A stretch of DNA of 64,000 nucleotides, taken from positions 31,419-95,418 of IMG/VR virus record IMGVR_UViG_3300009151_000043. The stretch is one strand, 5' to 3'. This stretch comes from a virus. Made by a program: the position numbers and the translations under genes. The stretch's first letter is position 1; every line of letters starts with the position of its first letter. Below are positions 49,751-58,726 of this stretch, one piece after another. The notes under the pieces are model-generated. The model did no database searches. It saw nothing but the letters and a program-made list of their open reading frames with translations, and had not been told where the DNA came from.

Positions 49751-49779
49751 AGTTTACTTTGTGTTTTCTGTTTTGTAAA
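49751..49779 (-). promoter_or_regulatory. sigma70-type promoter
   Basis: TTTACA-N17-TAAACT. Confidence 0.55.
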
Positions 49780-49790
49780 TACTTTTATTG

Positions 49791-50528
49791 TTATCTAGAA
49801 TTAAAAGCTTTTGACAAAAAGGTTTGGGTTTGAGCTGGGGAAAGTCCGTAAGCTTGCGCCTGTTTATACACACCTTCAAAATAAGCGTCTTCAGCGGCCT
49901 TAGGCTTAAGGTTGGTGCGGGTGTTCTTGTTGTAGTTGGCTTTCTTGACGGAGGATTGCTTGTTGATAGCTGAAATGGTTTGCGTCAAAGCATTATCATA
50001 CAGGTCAACAGCCTGCTTTACACTCGCTCCTTGCTGTAAGGCGTTGCTGATAAAACCTTCAATGTAACCTGCAGATTTAAGCATGCGGAATGCAGCCATT
50101 TTTTCCGGAGGTAAAGAGGCAGCTGCTTCTGGGGATGCTTCTGGTGAACTACCTAAGTGTCCTTGTATGGCTTGCGCCAAAGCTGCGACGTCTTCTCCTC
50201 CACCTGCCGCCTCTCCCGGATGCTGCATGTTTGAGGAAAGCTCTGTAGCCAATTCTTCCAGTTCTTGTGGGGAAAGCTGGGAAAGAAGGTGCTCGATATC
50301 TCCGCCTCCTTCTCCACCACCCATACCCATACCCATACCCATACCTATTGGTGCGGATTCGTTATGGCCTTCGGCTCCTTCTCCACCACCCATAGCGTGC
50401 TCTAGCATTTCTGCCTGAGGGGCTTCACTTTGTTCATGCGCTGCTTCTGCGGGGTTACCTGGTTCTTCAGCAGCTCTTTTAGACTGTAAGAAATTTGCGA
50501 TTAGGGATTTTGCGTAAGGATGTGACAT
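49791..50528 (-). CDS. Putative head core protein with low-complexity acidic middle and two C-terminal copies of the shared module
   Basis: GYIEGFISNALQQGASVKQAVDL and AYFEGVYKQAQAYGLSPAQTQTFLSKA; GMGMGMGMG tract. Confidence 0.7.
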   Translation of the reverse strand: MSHPYAKSLIANFLQSKRAAEEPGNPAEAAHEQSEAPQAEMLEHAMGGGEGAEGHNESAPIGMGMGMGMGGGEGGGDIEHLLSQLSPQELEELATELSSNMQHPGEAAGGGEDVAALAQAIQGHLGSSPEASPEAAASLPPEKMAAFRMLKSAGYIEGFISNALQQGASVKQAVDLYDNALTQTISAINKQSSVKKANYNKNTRTNLKPKAAEDAYFEGVYKQAQAYGLSPAQTQTFLSKAFNSR

Positions 50529-50551
50529 ATAGTTACTGGTTTATTTTTTAA

Positions 50552-50580
50552 ATGTTAACTGAATTTCTGTAGTGTTCCAA
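50552..50580 (-). promoter_or_regulatory. sigma70-type promoter
   Basis: TTGGAA-N17-TAACAT. Confidence 0.5.
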
Positions 50581-50587
50581 TCTTTTT

Positions 50588-52036
50588 TTATCTATTTTGT
50601 ACTAGTGCGTTAAATATCGTATCTTCGTCTAGTTTATTCTGGCTGGCCATATAGCGAAGAGCTGCCAATTTATACGCAGCATATTCTTTTGCTAAAGTCT
50701 TTACGGCTGATTCTTTAGACATCTCTTTGTCTTCTTCTTTATGCTTTAATTTGGCTATAGGCATTTTCTTAACGATCGTGATGCGCATTATTCTACCATG
50801 TGCGGGCTGGTCAAAAAGCGAATGATTTTCAAAAAGATTCTTCACCATATTCATGATACCTTTGGGCATTATATCAGAATGTGACGGCTCATACTTCTCC
50901 TCATTTAATACATCATCGCCATCTTCTTCAAGCTCAGAAAACATAGAGGGAAGATGTTTTTTTACTTTGCTAAACATCTCGCCTGCCCCTCCCTCCATGC
51001 CTTTAGCTCCGAAAAGATATTTAATAAAGTCTTTAGGAGAAAACACAATACCTTTATCTGCTAGCGCTTTAAGCAGTTTGGCTGGCTCAAAACCTCTAAG
51101 CTCTTCCATGGCACTAGCAGAGATATCGTCTCCGTGGTTTAACTTACCTTTCTGCTCTGCGAGATACTTATCTTTAGAGTCTTTGGGTCCTCCTTCGATA
51201 ACCCCATCAATATGCTTTTCCAGGGCTGCCAGCTTTTTAACCAAAGACCTTTTTTCTGCGGCGTACTTGGATATCTGCAAAAAACTGTCATCGTCAGGAG
51301 CCACAAAACCAGGATAAAGCTCTCTGTAATCTGAAGCTGTTTTAACGTAGCTGCTATCTGAAGCCAGTTTAAGACTCATGCCTATGCGGTCGGCGGGTCT
51401 TCCAACAATAGATAACTCAAACCACTTAGGGTCGATATTGTCCATACTGCACATCTCTCCTCGCTTGTTAATCTCTCCTAGCTTGGAAGGGATGTGTTTG
51501 CAGCGATGGTTATCCGTTTTGGCTTCATGACCGCACCAAGTGCATTTGTCGTAGGCTACTTTAGCTGCCATACTAACATTGATCTGCTTTCCTTCTGCCA
51601 GCTTTTGAAGCTCTTCGGCGCACTTATCGTTATCCATTCCGATAACAAGCTCGATACGCTTCATCTTATCGTTATAGGAAGCTGCTTTGATATTGCCGTA
51701 TTTAGGGTCTTCAGGCTTGTTCTTGTGGTGCCTATTTAAAGCTCTACCATCATAAGAACCATCTTTCCGTTTGCTTCCAGACTTAACGAAAGTTTTGTAA
51801 TGCTGCTTACAGGCAGCTTCTTTAAAAATATCACCATTTCTGTTAGCTCCTGTACCCTCATAAGCCCCCAGAGCAATAACTAGTACGTCTGTCTGTCCGG
51901 CGGTCTTCTCTGCTCTAAGCTCTGAGTTATCTGCACCTGCTTTGGTGAGGGTATTACTGTTATGAATCAACTGTACAGGCTCTATGTCCCAGTTCCAGTC
52001 GTTCGTATCGCTAAATTTAATTAAACCTTTGTACAT
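50588..52036 (-). CDS. Prohead (capsid maturation) protease with zinc-finger insert
   Basis: NRNGDIF, RHH (candidate catalytic His), VSMAA (candidate catalytic Ser), CTWCG..C.H and FELSIV..PAD fit the HK97/herpes-fold prohead protease pattern. Confidence 0.8.
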   Translation of the reverse strand: MYKGLIKFSDTNDWNWDIEPVQLIHNSNTLTKAGADNSELRAEKTAGQTDVLVIALGAYEGTGANRNGDIFKEAACKQHYKTFVKSGSKRKDGSYDGRALNRHHKNKPEDPKYGNIKAASYNDKMKRIELVIGMDNDKCAEELQKLAEGKQINVSMAAKVAYDKCTWCGHEAKTDNHRCKHIPSKLGEINKRGEMCSMDNIDPKWFELSIVGRPADRIGMSLKLASDSSYVKTASDYRELYPGFVAPDDDSFLQISKYAAEKRSLVKKLAALEKHIDGVIEGGPKDSKDKYLAEQKGKLNHGDDISASAMEELRGFEPAKLLKALADKGIVFSPKDFIKYLFGAKGMEGGAGEMFSKVKKHLPSMFSELEEDGDDVLNEEKYEPSHSDIMPKGIMNMVKNLFENHSLFDQPAHGRIMRITIVKKMPIAKLKHKEEDKEMSKESAVKTLAKEYAAYKLAALRYMASQNKLDEDTIFNALVQNR

Positions 52037-52038
52037 AA

Positions 52039-54303
52039 TTACTGTATTTTATCGGCACGGTCAAACTCTCCACGAGACTTGAGTAGTGTCTTTTTCCAAT
52101 CTTTAATTTTGCCTGAAGAATTACTTTGATTCTGTATGGCTTTCAGCAAATGATAAAGCCCTGCTCCTCCTGCAGCTATGCCGGCTCCAGCCAATAAGGG
52201 AGTTCTATGCCTTACTAAGTTTTTAAGAATACTTGACTCTTGGTGCTTCTTATCTTGCAGCCTCCTAAGCGATGTGTCTACGAACGCTGCGCCTTTTGGA
52301 TCTTTTGCTAGGCTAAAATCTCCTCCTCTGCGATATTCATGCATAACGTCTTTGACCAACTCGCTATCAAAGTGCGGGTTGGCTCCAGTCAAATTATGTT
52401 TTTCAAATAAATCAGCTACAGCTTGGTCCTTACTTGGGGCGAAATGTTCGCTGATAAAATCTCCAATTCTCCCTTTCCCTCGTAAAGAATGTAGCCCTTC
52501 GCCTATATATTCCTTTAGTCCTCCTTTGCTGTGCGCCCTCTGTAACGACTCATGCACATCAGCATAAGAGGCTAAACTACTTGCGGCTGGAGAATTTTTA
52601 GCAGTATTAATGACACCCTGCATAGCGTCCTTATTTCCGAGCGCTTTAGCTTGCCTGTACTGAGCTAAAAAAGATTTGGGGTGACCTGCCTCTGTTTTAT
52701 TTAATCTATCCAGGATAGCTAAACGCTTCTCTGGGTCGGTTTGCAAATCTCCAAAAACGCGAGAAACATCGGGGCGCATTTTACCCTTTTGAGGCTCTAG
52801 CAAAACAGAAGAATTGGATGCATCCGCTTTAGGATTTCCTTCGCGAGCCATGCTTGCCGGCTCTGTTTTATTCATATTGCTCCACTGACTATACAAATTT
52901 TTAAGTACGCCCCCACCTGCCACAGCTGCACCTATAGGTAAAGAATGTTTGGCTAGGTCTGTAGCTACTGCCTGTACTGGATGCTCGTCATAGAAAGTTT
53001 CTCCGGTGTTCTGCTTGAGTCCTGTGGCATATTGCATCCCTACGAGACCTTTACGTACCTGTTCTTTTAATGCCGCTATTCTAGCTACATCTGCTTTATT
53101 GTGCGCTTCTGGAGAAATAGAAGGATGTATAGCTGCATATAAATCAGAATCTTTACCAGCTTCCGGATTTGCCAGGGCTTGACTAAATTGCGTATTTGCT
53201 GTTTTCATTTGAGTATTTTGTGGTTGTGCTGCGGCTGCCGCAGGTATAGTATTATTCTGTGTAGGAGCTGGACTGGGCTTCGTTCCTGTAGGTTTGCCTT
53301 GAGCGGATAATTGCTGGGTTTGCCATTCTGGCTTAACCATTGGCGGGCTTGCGCCGAACCAGCCACCTACACGGTCGTTAATAGACATAAGCTTGGGATC
53401 TAGAGGTACCAATCCGTTATGTTTGGGTAAGTTGCCTCCTGCCTGAGGGGCTTGTGTTGCTGTTGATTGTCGGGGGGGCTCCATGAATTTACTGGGCTGC
53501 GTGTTCAGATTCTTCCAGACATCTACTCCCTGATTTGCTATATCTATGCCGGTACTGACAAGCGGACCTACAGGAGGAAGAAAATTAGCTCCCGCTGAAA
53601 CTAGACTCATCGCTCCTTGAGCCTTGTTTAATAACCCAGGTTCTTTAAATTTATTCATGCCGTAATTAATATCCATGGCTGAAGCTACCCCAGGAAGTAT
53701 GTGAGAACCTACTGCTTTTCCGACCATTCTTGCAGCGGTGTTACCTAGTGCTCCTCTTACTCCTTTAGTTATTGCTGGCTGGAGAGCTGGACCGGCTTTA
53801 GCTGCTAAATAACCTGCTCCGCCTGCTCCGCTGTACAGGGCAGCATTACCTAGATGTGCGCCTCTATTCTCTGGGTCTCGCCAGGCGCTAACTAATTCAG
53901 GGGCTGCAGCTAGAGCTGATCCGCCTACGACCCCTGCTTTCGCTACACTACCTAAGGCTCCAGCCATGTTCGGTAGAGTGTTTCTGGGGTTTGTAGCTTT
54001 CCAGGAATTTTTTAATTGTTCGAAGTTTGTCCCTGTCACGCCTGGTTTACGCCCTCCTAAATAGCTAGCGGCTCCTAATCCTGCATTCAATCCTGCCATA
54101 CCTAGCTCAGGATGCCATTCACCAGTTTGAGGGCCTTCACCCAGAGCAGCTGCGTCTTCTGGACTTACTTTATTTGTAATATCGTTAGCTGCGCCAGCGA
54201 TGCCTCTACCCAAATTTAATTTATGCTGCAAACTAGGAAGGTGCATGGGTGCCCCTATTGCGGTTTTTTCTAAGGGACGGAACAATTTACTATAAAGATA
54301 CAT
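52039..54303 (-). CDS. Large G/A-rich putative internal (ejection) protein with hydrophobic glycine-zipper segments
   Basis: 754 aa; LEKTA near the N-terminus and MKTA in the middle; several GxxxG hydrophobic helices. Confidence 0.65.
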   Translation of the reverse strand: MYLYSKLFRPLEKTAIGAPMHLPSLQHKLNLGRGIAGAANDITNKVSPEDAAALGEGPQTGEWHPELGMAGLNAGLGAASYLGGRKPGVTGTNFEQLKNSWKATNPRNTLPNMAGALGSVAKAGVVGGSALAAAPELVSAWRDPENRGAHLGNAALYSGAGGAGYLAAKAGPALQPAITKGVRGALGNTAARMVGKAVGSHILPGVASAMDINYGMNKFKEPGLLNKAQGAMSLVSAGANFLPPVGPLVSTGIDIANQGVDVWKNLNTQPSKFMEPPRQSTATQAPQAGGNLPKHNGLVPLDPKLMSINDRVGGWFGASPPMVKPEWQTQQLSAQGKPTGTKPSPAPTQNNTIPAAAAAQPQNTQMKTANTQFSQALANPEAGKDSDLYAAIHPSISPEAHNKADVARIAALKEQVRKGLVGMQYATGLKQNTGETFYDEHPVQAVATDLAKHSLPIGAAVAGGGVLKNLYSQWSNMNKTEPASMAREGNPKADASNSSVLLEPQKGKMRPDVSRVFGDLQTDPEKRLAILDRLNKTEAGHPKSFLAQYRQAKALGNKDAMQGVINTAKNSPAASSLASYADVHESLQRAHSKGGLKEYIGEGLHSLRGKGRIGDFISEHFAPSKDQAVADLFEKHNLTGANPHFDSELVKDVMHEYRRGGDFSLAKDPKGAAFVDTSLRRLQDKKHQESSILKNLVRHRTPLLAGAGIAAGGAGLYHLLKAIQNQSNSSGKIKDWKKTLLKSRGEFDRADKIQ

Positions 54304-54323
54304 AGCGATATGTTATATGCCTA

Positions 54324-54749
54324 CTAGTCAATGCGTTGGCCGTGGGGAGAAACCGACATAAGCGCAGACTGTTGTGGGTCAGGTCCTTCAAGACCACGAG
54401 CTATAGGGTCATAAATAGGTCTGGCTAGTGCGTCTCCAAGCATAAATGTGCCAGTATTAGCTGCCATACCCTTTAGACTGAAGGGGTCTTTCATGGCGTC
54501 GACTAAGCCTTTTGTGTGTTTGACTATAGGTGCAGGAATGGCTTTCCCTTTAAATGGCCCCCGCATTATACGCCTACCTGCAGCCAATCTTTCTAAACCT
54601 TTATTAACTCCCCAGTTACTAAGTACGGGTGCGGCAATTCTAATGAGTGTAGGCAGAAAGGCCTCTTTGGTCATACCTAACTCATCAGCCCGTTTAAAAA
54701 TACCGTCAACGAACGCCTGCTCTAGGTTTGGGTCTTCACTATATAGCAT
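54324..54749 (-). CDS. Putative internal head protein with N-terminal shared module
   Basis: AFVDGIFKRADELGMTKEAF followed by amphipathic cargo. Confidence 0.7.
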   Translation of the reverse strand: MLYSEDPNLEQAFVDGIFKRADELGMTKEAFLPTLIRIAAPVLSNWGVNKGLERLAAGRRIMRGPFKGKAIPAPIVKHTKGLVDAMKDPFSLKGMAANTGTFMLGDALARPIYDPIARGLEGPDPQQSALMSVSPHGQRID

Positions 54750-54752
54750 AAA

Positions 54753-55142
54753 TTAATAGATGTTATAAATTTCTTCTCCTGTAAAGGTATCTGCGTTAGC
54801 TCTCAAGGCTGAAAAAGCTTCACTATATAACGCCTTAAACTGAGTTAAAAAGGCATTAGCTTTCAATTCAGTGTAATCCTCGAAGTCAGGAGACTTAGCG
54901 TCAAATTCCTGTGTGTATGGTAAGTCTGTACGCACCCTTAAAAACTTGTCGGGTAGTGTATAGGTATAGGTATCACTTTGCCCGACTGTGATAGTGTATA
55001 TTCCTCCTATATTAATCTCAGGTTCTCCAAACTTCTGAATAAGTGCCTTATCGCTTTCAGGTAGCGAAGAGGCATCTAGGTAGAATGTAATTTTCCAGAT
55101 GTCATTCTCTATGTATTTTTTAATTTTAAGTGCAGTAGCCAT
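54753..55142 (-). CDS. Hypothetical protein, 129 aa
   Basis: Tightly packed ORF. Confidence 0.65.
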   Translation of the reverse strand: MATALKIKKYIENDIWKITFYLDASSLPESDKALIQKFGEPEINIGGIYTITVGQSDTYTYTLPDKFLRVRTDLPYTQEFDAKSPDFEDYTELKANAFLTQFKALYSEAFSALRANADTFTGEEIYNIY

Positions 55143-55147
55143 AGGTA

Positions 55148-56641
55148 TTAAAATCTAAAGTTGTTAGTTTCTCCTTTATTGAATTCGTGCGTCATTACTC
55201 GATGTTTCAACATTCCTGTGTCCAGCTTAGTCATCATGTCTGCGTCAAATTTACTCAATGCTTGTGTAGCTAGCATTGCTCGCAACTCGGCGCGTACAAC
55301 TTCTTTTTGTTTTGATACTTCCGGAGAAAGTCTCAAGATTTGCTCGTAGGCTCTAACCACCTTGGCTTTATTAGCTTTCGATATGATCGGATCCGTGATC
55401 ATCAACTCCTGCAAAAGCAGCTTACGCTCCATGTTCTCTAGAGTTAGATTAGGTTTTTTAGGGGCAGCCTTAAACCCGTGGGAAAAAGCTTCTGATATAG
55501 GATGCTGTATCAAATCCTCAAAAACAGAGCCGAAGCCGAAGGCTTCTTTATCCATAGCTTCTTTCAGTACAGGATCTTTGTCATACTTCTCTGCTACAGA
55601 ATACTCAGGATCTTTTACTTTTTTTTTAATCTCTGCCAATACAGGATCCATAGCTTGATCATCTGCGTCTTCTTCGTCGGGCTTATCTGCAGCTTTTTTA
55701 TATGAAGACACGCGGTCGAGTACACAATTACAGCCTTTTTTAGGTCTACCTACAGTACAGCCACATTCAGGACATTTAGCATCGTGCCAGTGTTTGCCTA
55801 GTTCACCTTTCGCCTCCTTGAGGTAGCCTGCCTCAAAGGCACGAAAGTCATTAACCTCTTCAGCTTTTTTAGCTGTCTCGATATATTCCTCCGCAGCTTT
55901 CATTAAATTATCAAACAAAGAGGCTTCTTTGCATGTTTCAAACATCATATAGCCTGCGTCATGCACACCTCTTTCTTCTTTAGGTGCAGCCGTCTTATGC
56001 AGCAGCTCTAGGTATGGCAATGAAGCCTCGCCATGTTTTGCGAACACCTGGGACTCGAACTCTTCAAAAGCCGTGCGATAAGCAGCTTCTTTTTTAAATT
56101 CATCTGCAAGAGCAGAGAACTGGTAATTAAGGTCGAGCTCCGCAGCCACTTTTTCAACTTCAGCCAGTTCGGCATCTTTTTCGAGTTTCTTGATATAGTT
56201 GGAAGACTTGCTGTATACGGTGTCGAAAGTCGTGTCGTACTTGTCGTGAGCTTCCTTGGCTCCGGCGATCTCAAGGAAAGCCTGCTTATATGTAGGGTTA
56301 CTGAGCATCCTGTTGTAGTTGAAAACTACATCGGTACTCTCGTCGCCGGGGAAGTGCTCTGAGATATACTCAGAGGCTGTTTTTTCAGCTACAGTAAATA
56401 CGTCTTGAATTACCTTAGGAATATCTGCGATCTCAAATTCTGTAGAACGATCGGAAGCTGTTTTAAAATGTTTATAATGTAGTGCAACATTGAGAGCTTC
56501 TCCTGTACGTTGAATATAGTTGGGGTTTAGATCCAAATCGTTAGCTACCTTATGCAACGCAGCTGTTGGAGACATACCTTCGTTGACCTTTTGCACGGCA
56601 TCGCTCAGTGCAGTTTTGATGAGAATGTTGGGCTCTTCCAT
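55148..56641 (-). CDS. Putative head core protein, K-x-A-rich
   Basis: 497 aa, helical, with at least 14 K-x-A motifs and a small CPECGC..GCNC cluster. Confidence 0.7.
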   Translation of the reverse strand: MEEPNILIKTALSDAVQKVNEGMSPTAALHKVANDLDLNPNYIQRTGEALNVALHYKHFKTASDRSTEFEIADIPKVIQDVFTVAEKTASEYISEHFPGDESTDVVFNYNRMLSNPTYKQAFLEIAGAKEAHDKYDTTFDTVYSKSSNYIKKLEKDAELAEVEKVAAELDLNYQFSALADEFKKEAAYRTAFEEFESQVFAKHGEASLPYLELLHKTAAPKEERGVHDAGYMMFETCKEASLFDNLMKAAEEYIETAKKAEEVNDFRAFEAGYLKEAKGELGKHWHDAKCPECGCTVGRPKKGCNCVLDRVSSYKKAADKPDEEDADDQAMDPVLAEIKKKVKDPEYSVAEKYDKDPVLKEAMDKEAFGFGSVFEDLIQHPISEAFSHGFKAAPKKPNLTLENMERKLLLQELMITDPIISKANKAKVVRAYEQILRLSPEVSKQKEVVRAELRAMLATQALSKFDADMMTKLDTGMLKHRVMTHEFNKGETNNFRF

Positions 56642-56654
56642 ATAATTATCTACA

Positions 56655-56683
56655 TTTATAGCATGGTTTCTAGATTAGATCAA
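56655..56683 (-). promoter_or_regulatory. sigma70-type promoter
   Basis: TTGATC-N17-TATAAA with TG extension. Confidence 0.45.
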
Positions 56684-57772
56684 TTCCGTAATTAGCTTAT
56701 ATTCTGGCAGGACGTTTTCTTTAAGGGCTAGCTGAGAGATCATTTCAATAGCCATAATGTCTTCATCCTGGATGCCTGTGTTATAATCGGTGCGTTCATT
56801 TACAATCCTATTTGTACTAGCGTCTAGATTTCTGACCTTGGCTCTGAAGTAGCTGATCTCTTCTTTCTTTATAAAGAACGAAGCTAGATTATTTATGACC
56901 GAATTGTATGCTAGAGCATCCTTCTTGTCTTCTATAGAGAAGTACAGTGAAGTCACATTATCCAGCATCGAGTCTGCCAGATAACCGTTTAGTTTATCTT
57001 TCTCCCCCTCTGTTAAACTAGAAGGATCTGCTTCTGCTTTTAGGCCTAGTTCCCCTAAGGAGCCGATTATTTTAAAATACCTGCGGTCAACATCACTAAT
57101 AATATTGTTATCAGCCAGCTGGGTAAAATAAGCTGCTCTAGCTACAACGTCTGTAGGGGCGTTTGTGAAATCGAAAAACAATTCTCTTAACGCTCTTATC
57201 TGAGAGGGAAGTAGTTTGTGTCTATGCGCAATTACAGCGTCAGATAGTCCTGCAAATATTGAGTAGCCTATGACGCAAAAATTTCTCGAGTGTTCCGTTG
57301 AGTTTCTGTACTTTACAGCAAAGTCATAAGCTTTCGAATATTTGATCTTTATGACGTGGTATAGGAAGTTTCTAAGTGGTAGGTCTGCTATAAGTGAAAT
57401 GTATTTCCCACTCCAGACCTCGACCTTCTCTTCTTTGTAAGACGGGACAAATACCTTTTTATCGCCAGCCTGCCGTAACTTCTTGTTGAACAGCTTGAGT
57501 AAAAGGTCCTTCTGAGTCAACGTCAACCTGGCTAAAGCCTTTTTAAAGAAGCTGGTGAACGAAAATTGTATAGCGGCTCCTTCTGTGATCTCCTCATGGT
57601 CCATCATGTAGCGTACAAGCGCAGAGGAACCGTCCTTTAATTTTCTGCGACAGTAAGCTAAATTGGCTCTCTGAGGCTCCAGATAAACAAGATACCGCCA
57701 ATTTGGAAAATTATAGAATGAGCCTACTTGGTTAAGCCTTATCGCTGATAATTGGCGTTTGTGTGTTTTCAT
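56675..57772 (-). CDS. Hypothetical protein, 365 aa (basic N-half, acidic C-half)
   Basis: Long ORF overlapping the upstream gene by 41 nt; no motif recognised. Confidence 0.7.
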   Translation of the reverse strand: MKTHKRQLSAIRLNQVGSFYNFPNWRYLVYLEPQRANLAYCRRKLKDGSSALVRYMMDHEEITEGAAIQFSFTSFFKKALARLTLTQKDLLLKLFNKKLRQAGDKKVFVPSYKEEKVEVWSGKYISLIADLPLRNFLYHVIKIKYSKAYDFAVKYRNSTEHSRNFCVIGYSIFAGLSDAVIAHRHKLLPSQIRALRELFFDFTNAPTDVVARAAYFTQLADNNIISDVDRRYFKIIGSLGELGLKAEADPSSLTEGEKDKLNGYLADSMLDNVTSLYFSIEDKKDALAYNSVINNLASFFIKKEEISYFRAKVRNLDASTNRIVNERTDYNTGIQDEDIMAIEMISQLALKENVLPEYKLITELI

Positions 57773-58715
57773 CTAATTTTTTAGTGAAGGCTCCGGAGAC
57801 TAAACCTAACCCAGCTCCCCACTTGGCGGCGTTACTAGCATCTCTGCTTACTTCTTGCCGCAGCATTGGAGCGATTCCTTCTGTAATAGGTCTCCTGGTT
57901 AATATATTTTTTGCTCCGTAGCCTAAAGCTTTTACTGCTGCCGGTAGGAATGCCCCTGACACACCTGAGGCTAAGCCTAGTCCAGCCCCAAGAGCAGAGT
58001 TTGTCAGTATTTGCGCCTTTCTTGATTGTGGTGGAGATCTGTCTAGGTCTTGATTCTTAAGTACGCTTAGCATGCCTGCAGCCGGTAAACTGGTCAGCTG
58101 TGGCTGTTCCTCCATAACTTTTTGAGCATCCTCTAAAGATTTGTCTGAAACTCGGTAGCCTCTAGATACAAGAGGAACTAGTGCCCCGTGAGCTGCCCCT
58201 AGCCCAGCTCCCAGTAGTCCTTCGTGGAGGGTTTCTTTCGCTGCCTCTCTAGCTAGCCCAGGAGTTTTAATCATGTTCCTGATTGCCTCCACAGGAGCTA
58301 TGGGAGATTGCCATTTGGATCCGCCTGCTGGCAGCTTTTTCATCGGGCTTCTGGCCCCGAGTAATTTAAATAATCCAGCTATACCTAAGCTAGGTAAAAA
58401 AGCAGCCAACCCTAAGTCTTTTGCTCCGGAGAGTACTTTTTTACCCAAGCCTGACTTTTCGTCTCTTGTCGCTTTTATACGTGCGACGGCTTGAGCTATT
58501 TGATGCCTACGTTCTACAGGATCTTTAGATATGATTACTTGTGAGGGTAGAACATCTTTTATTATAGGGGTAACTGCTCTCGCTGGTCCGGGGAGATCTT
58601 CCAATATGTCTGTCAGTCCATACTTTTTGGGTTGCGCCATGAACATATGCTCACGCAACAGATGTATAGCTGCCAACCTATTAGCATAAGAGTTATTTTG
58701 ATCTTCGGGAAGCAT
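57732..58715 (-). CDS. Glycine-zipper membrane-active protein (putative ejection protein)
   Basis: Repeated GAGLG helices (GLLGAGLGAAHG, ALGAGLGLASG, WGAGLGLVSG). Confidence 0.65.
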   Translation of the reverse strand: MLPEDQNNSYANRLAAIHLLREHMFMAQPKKYGLTDILEDLPGPARAVTPIIKDVLPSQVIISKDPVERRHQIAQAVARIKATRDEKSGLGKKVLSGAKDLGLAAFLPSLGIAGLFKLLGARSPMKKLPAGGSKWQSPIAPVEAIRNMIKTPGLAREAAKETLHEGLLGAGLGAAHGALVPLVSRGYRVSDKSLEDAQKVMEEQPQLTSLPAAGMLSVLKNQDLDRSPPQSRKAQILTNSALGAGLGLASGVSGAFLPAAVKALGYGAKNILTRRPITEGIAPMLRQEVSRDASNAAKWGAGLGLVSGAFTKKLDENTQTPIISDKA

Positions 58716-58726
58716 AAAGATCTCCC

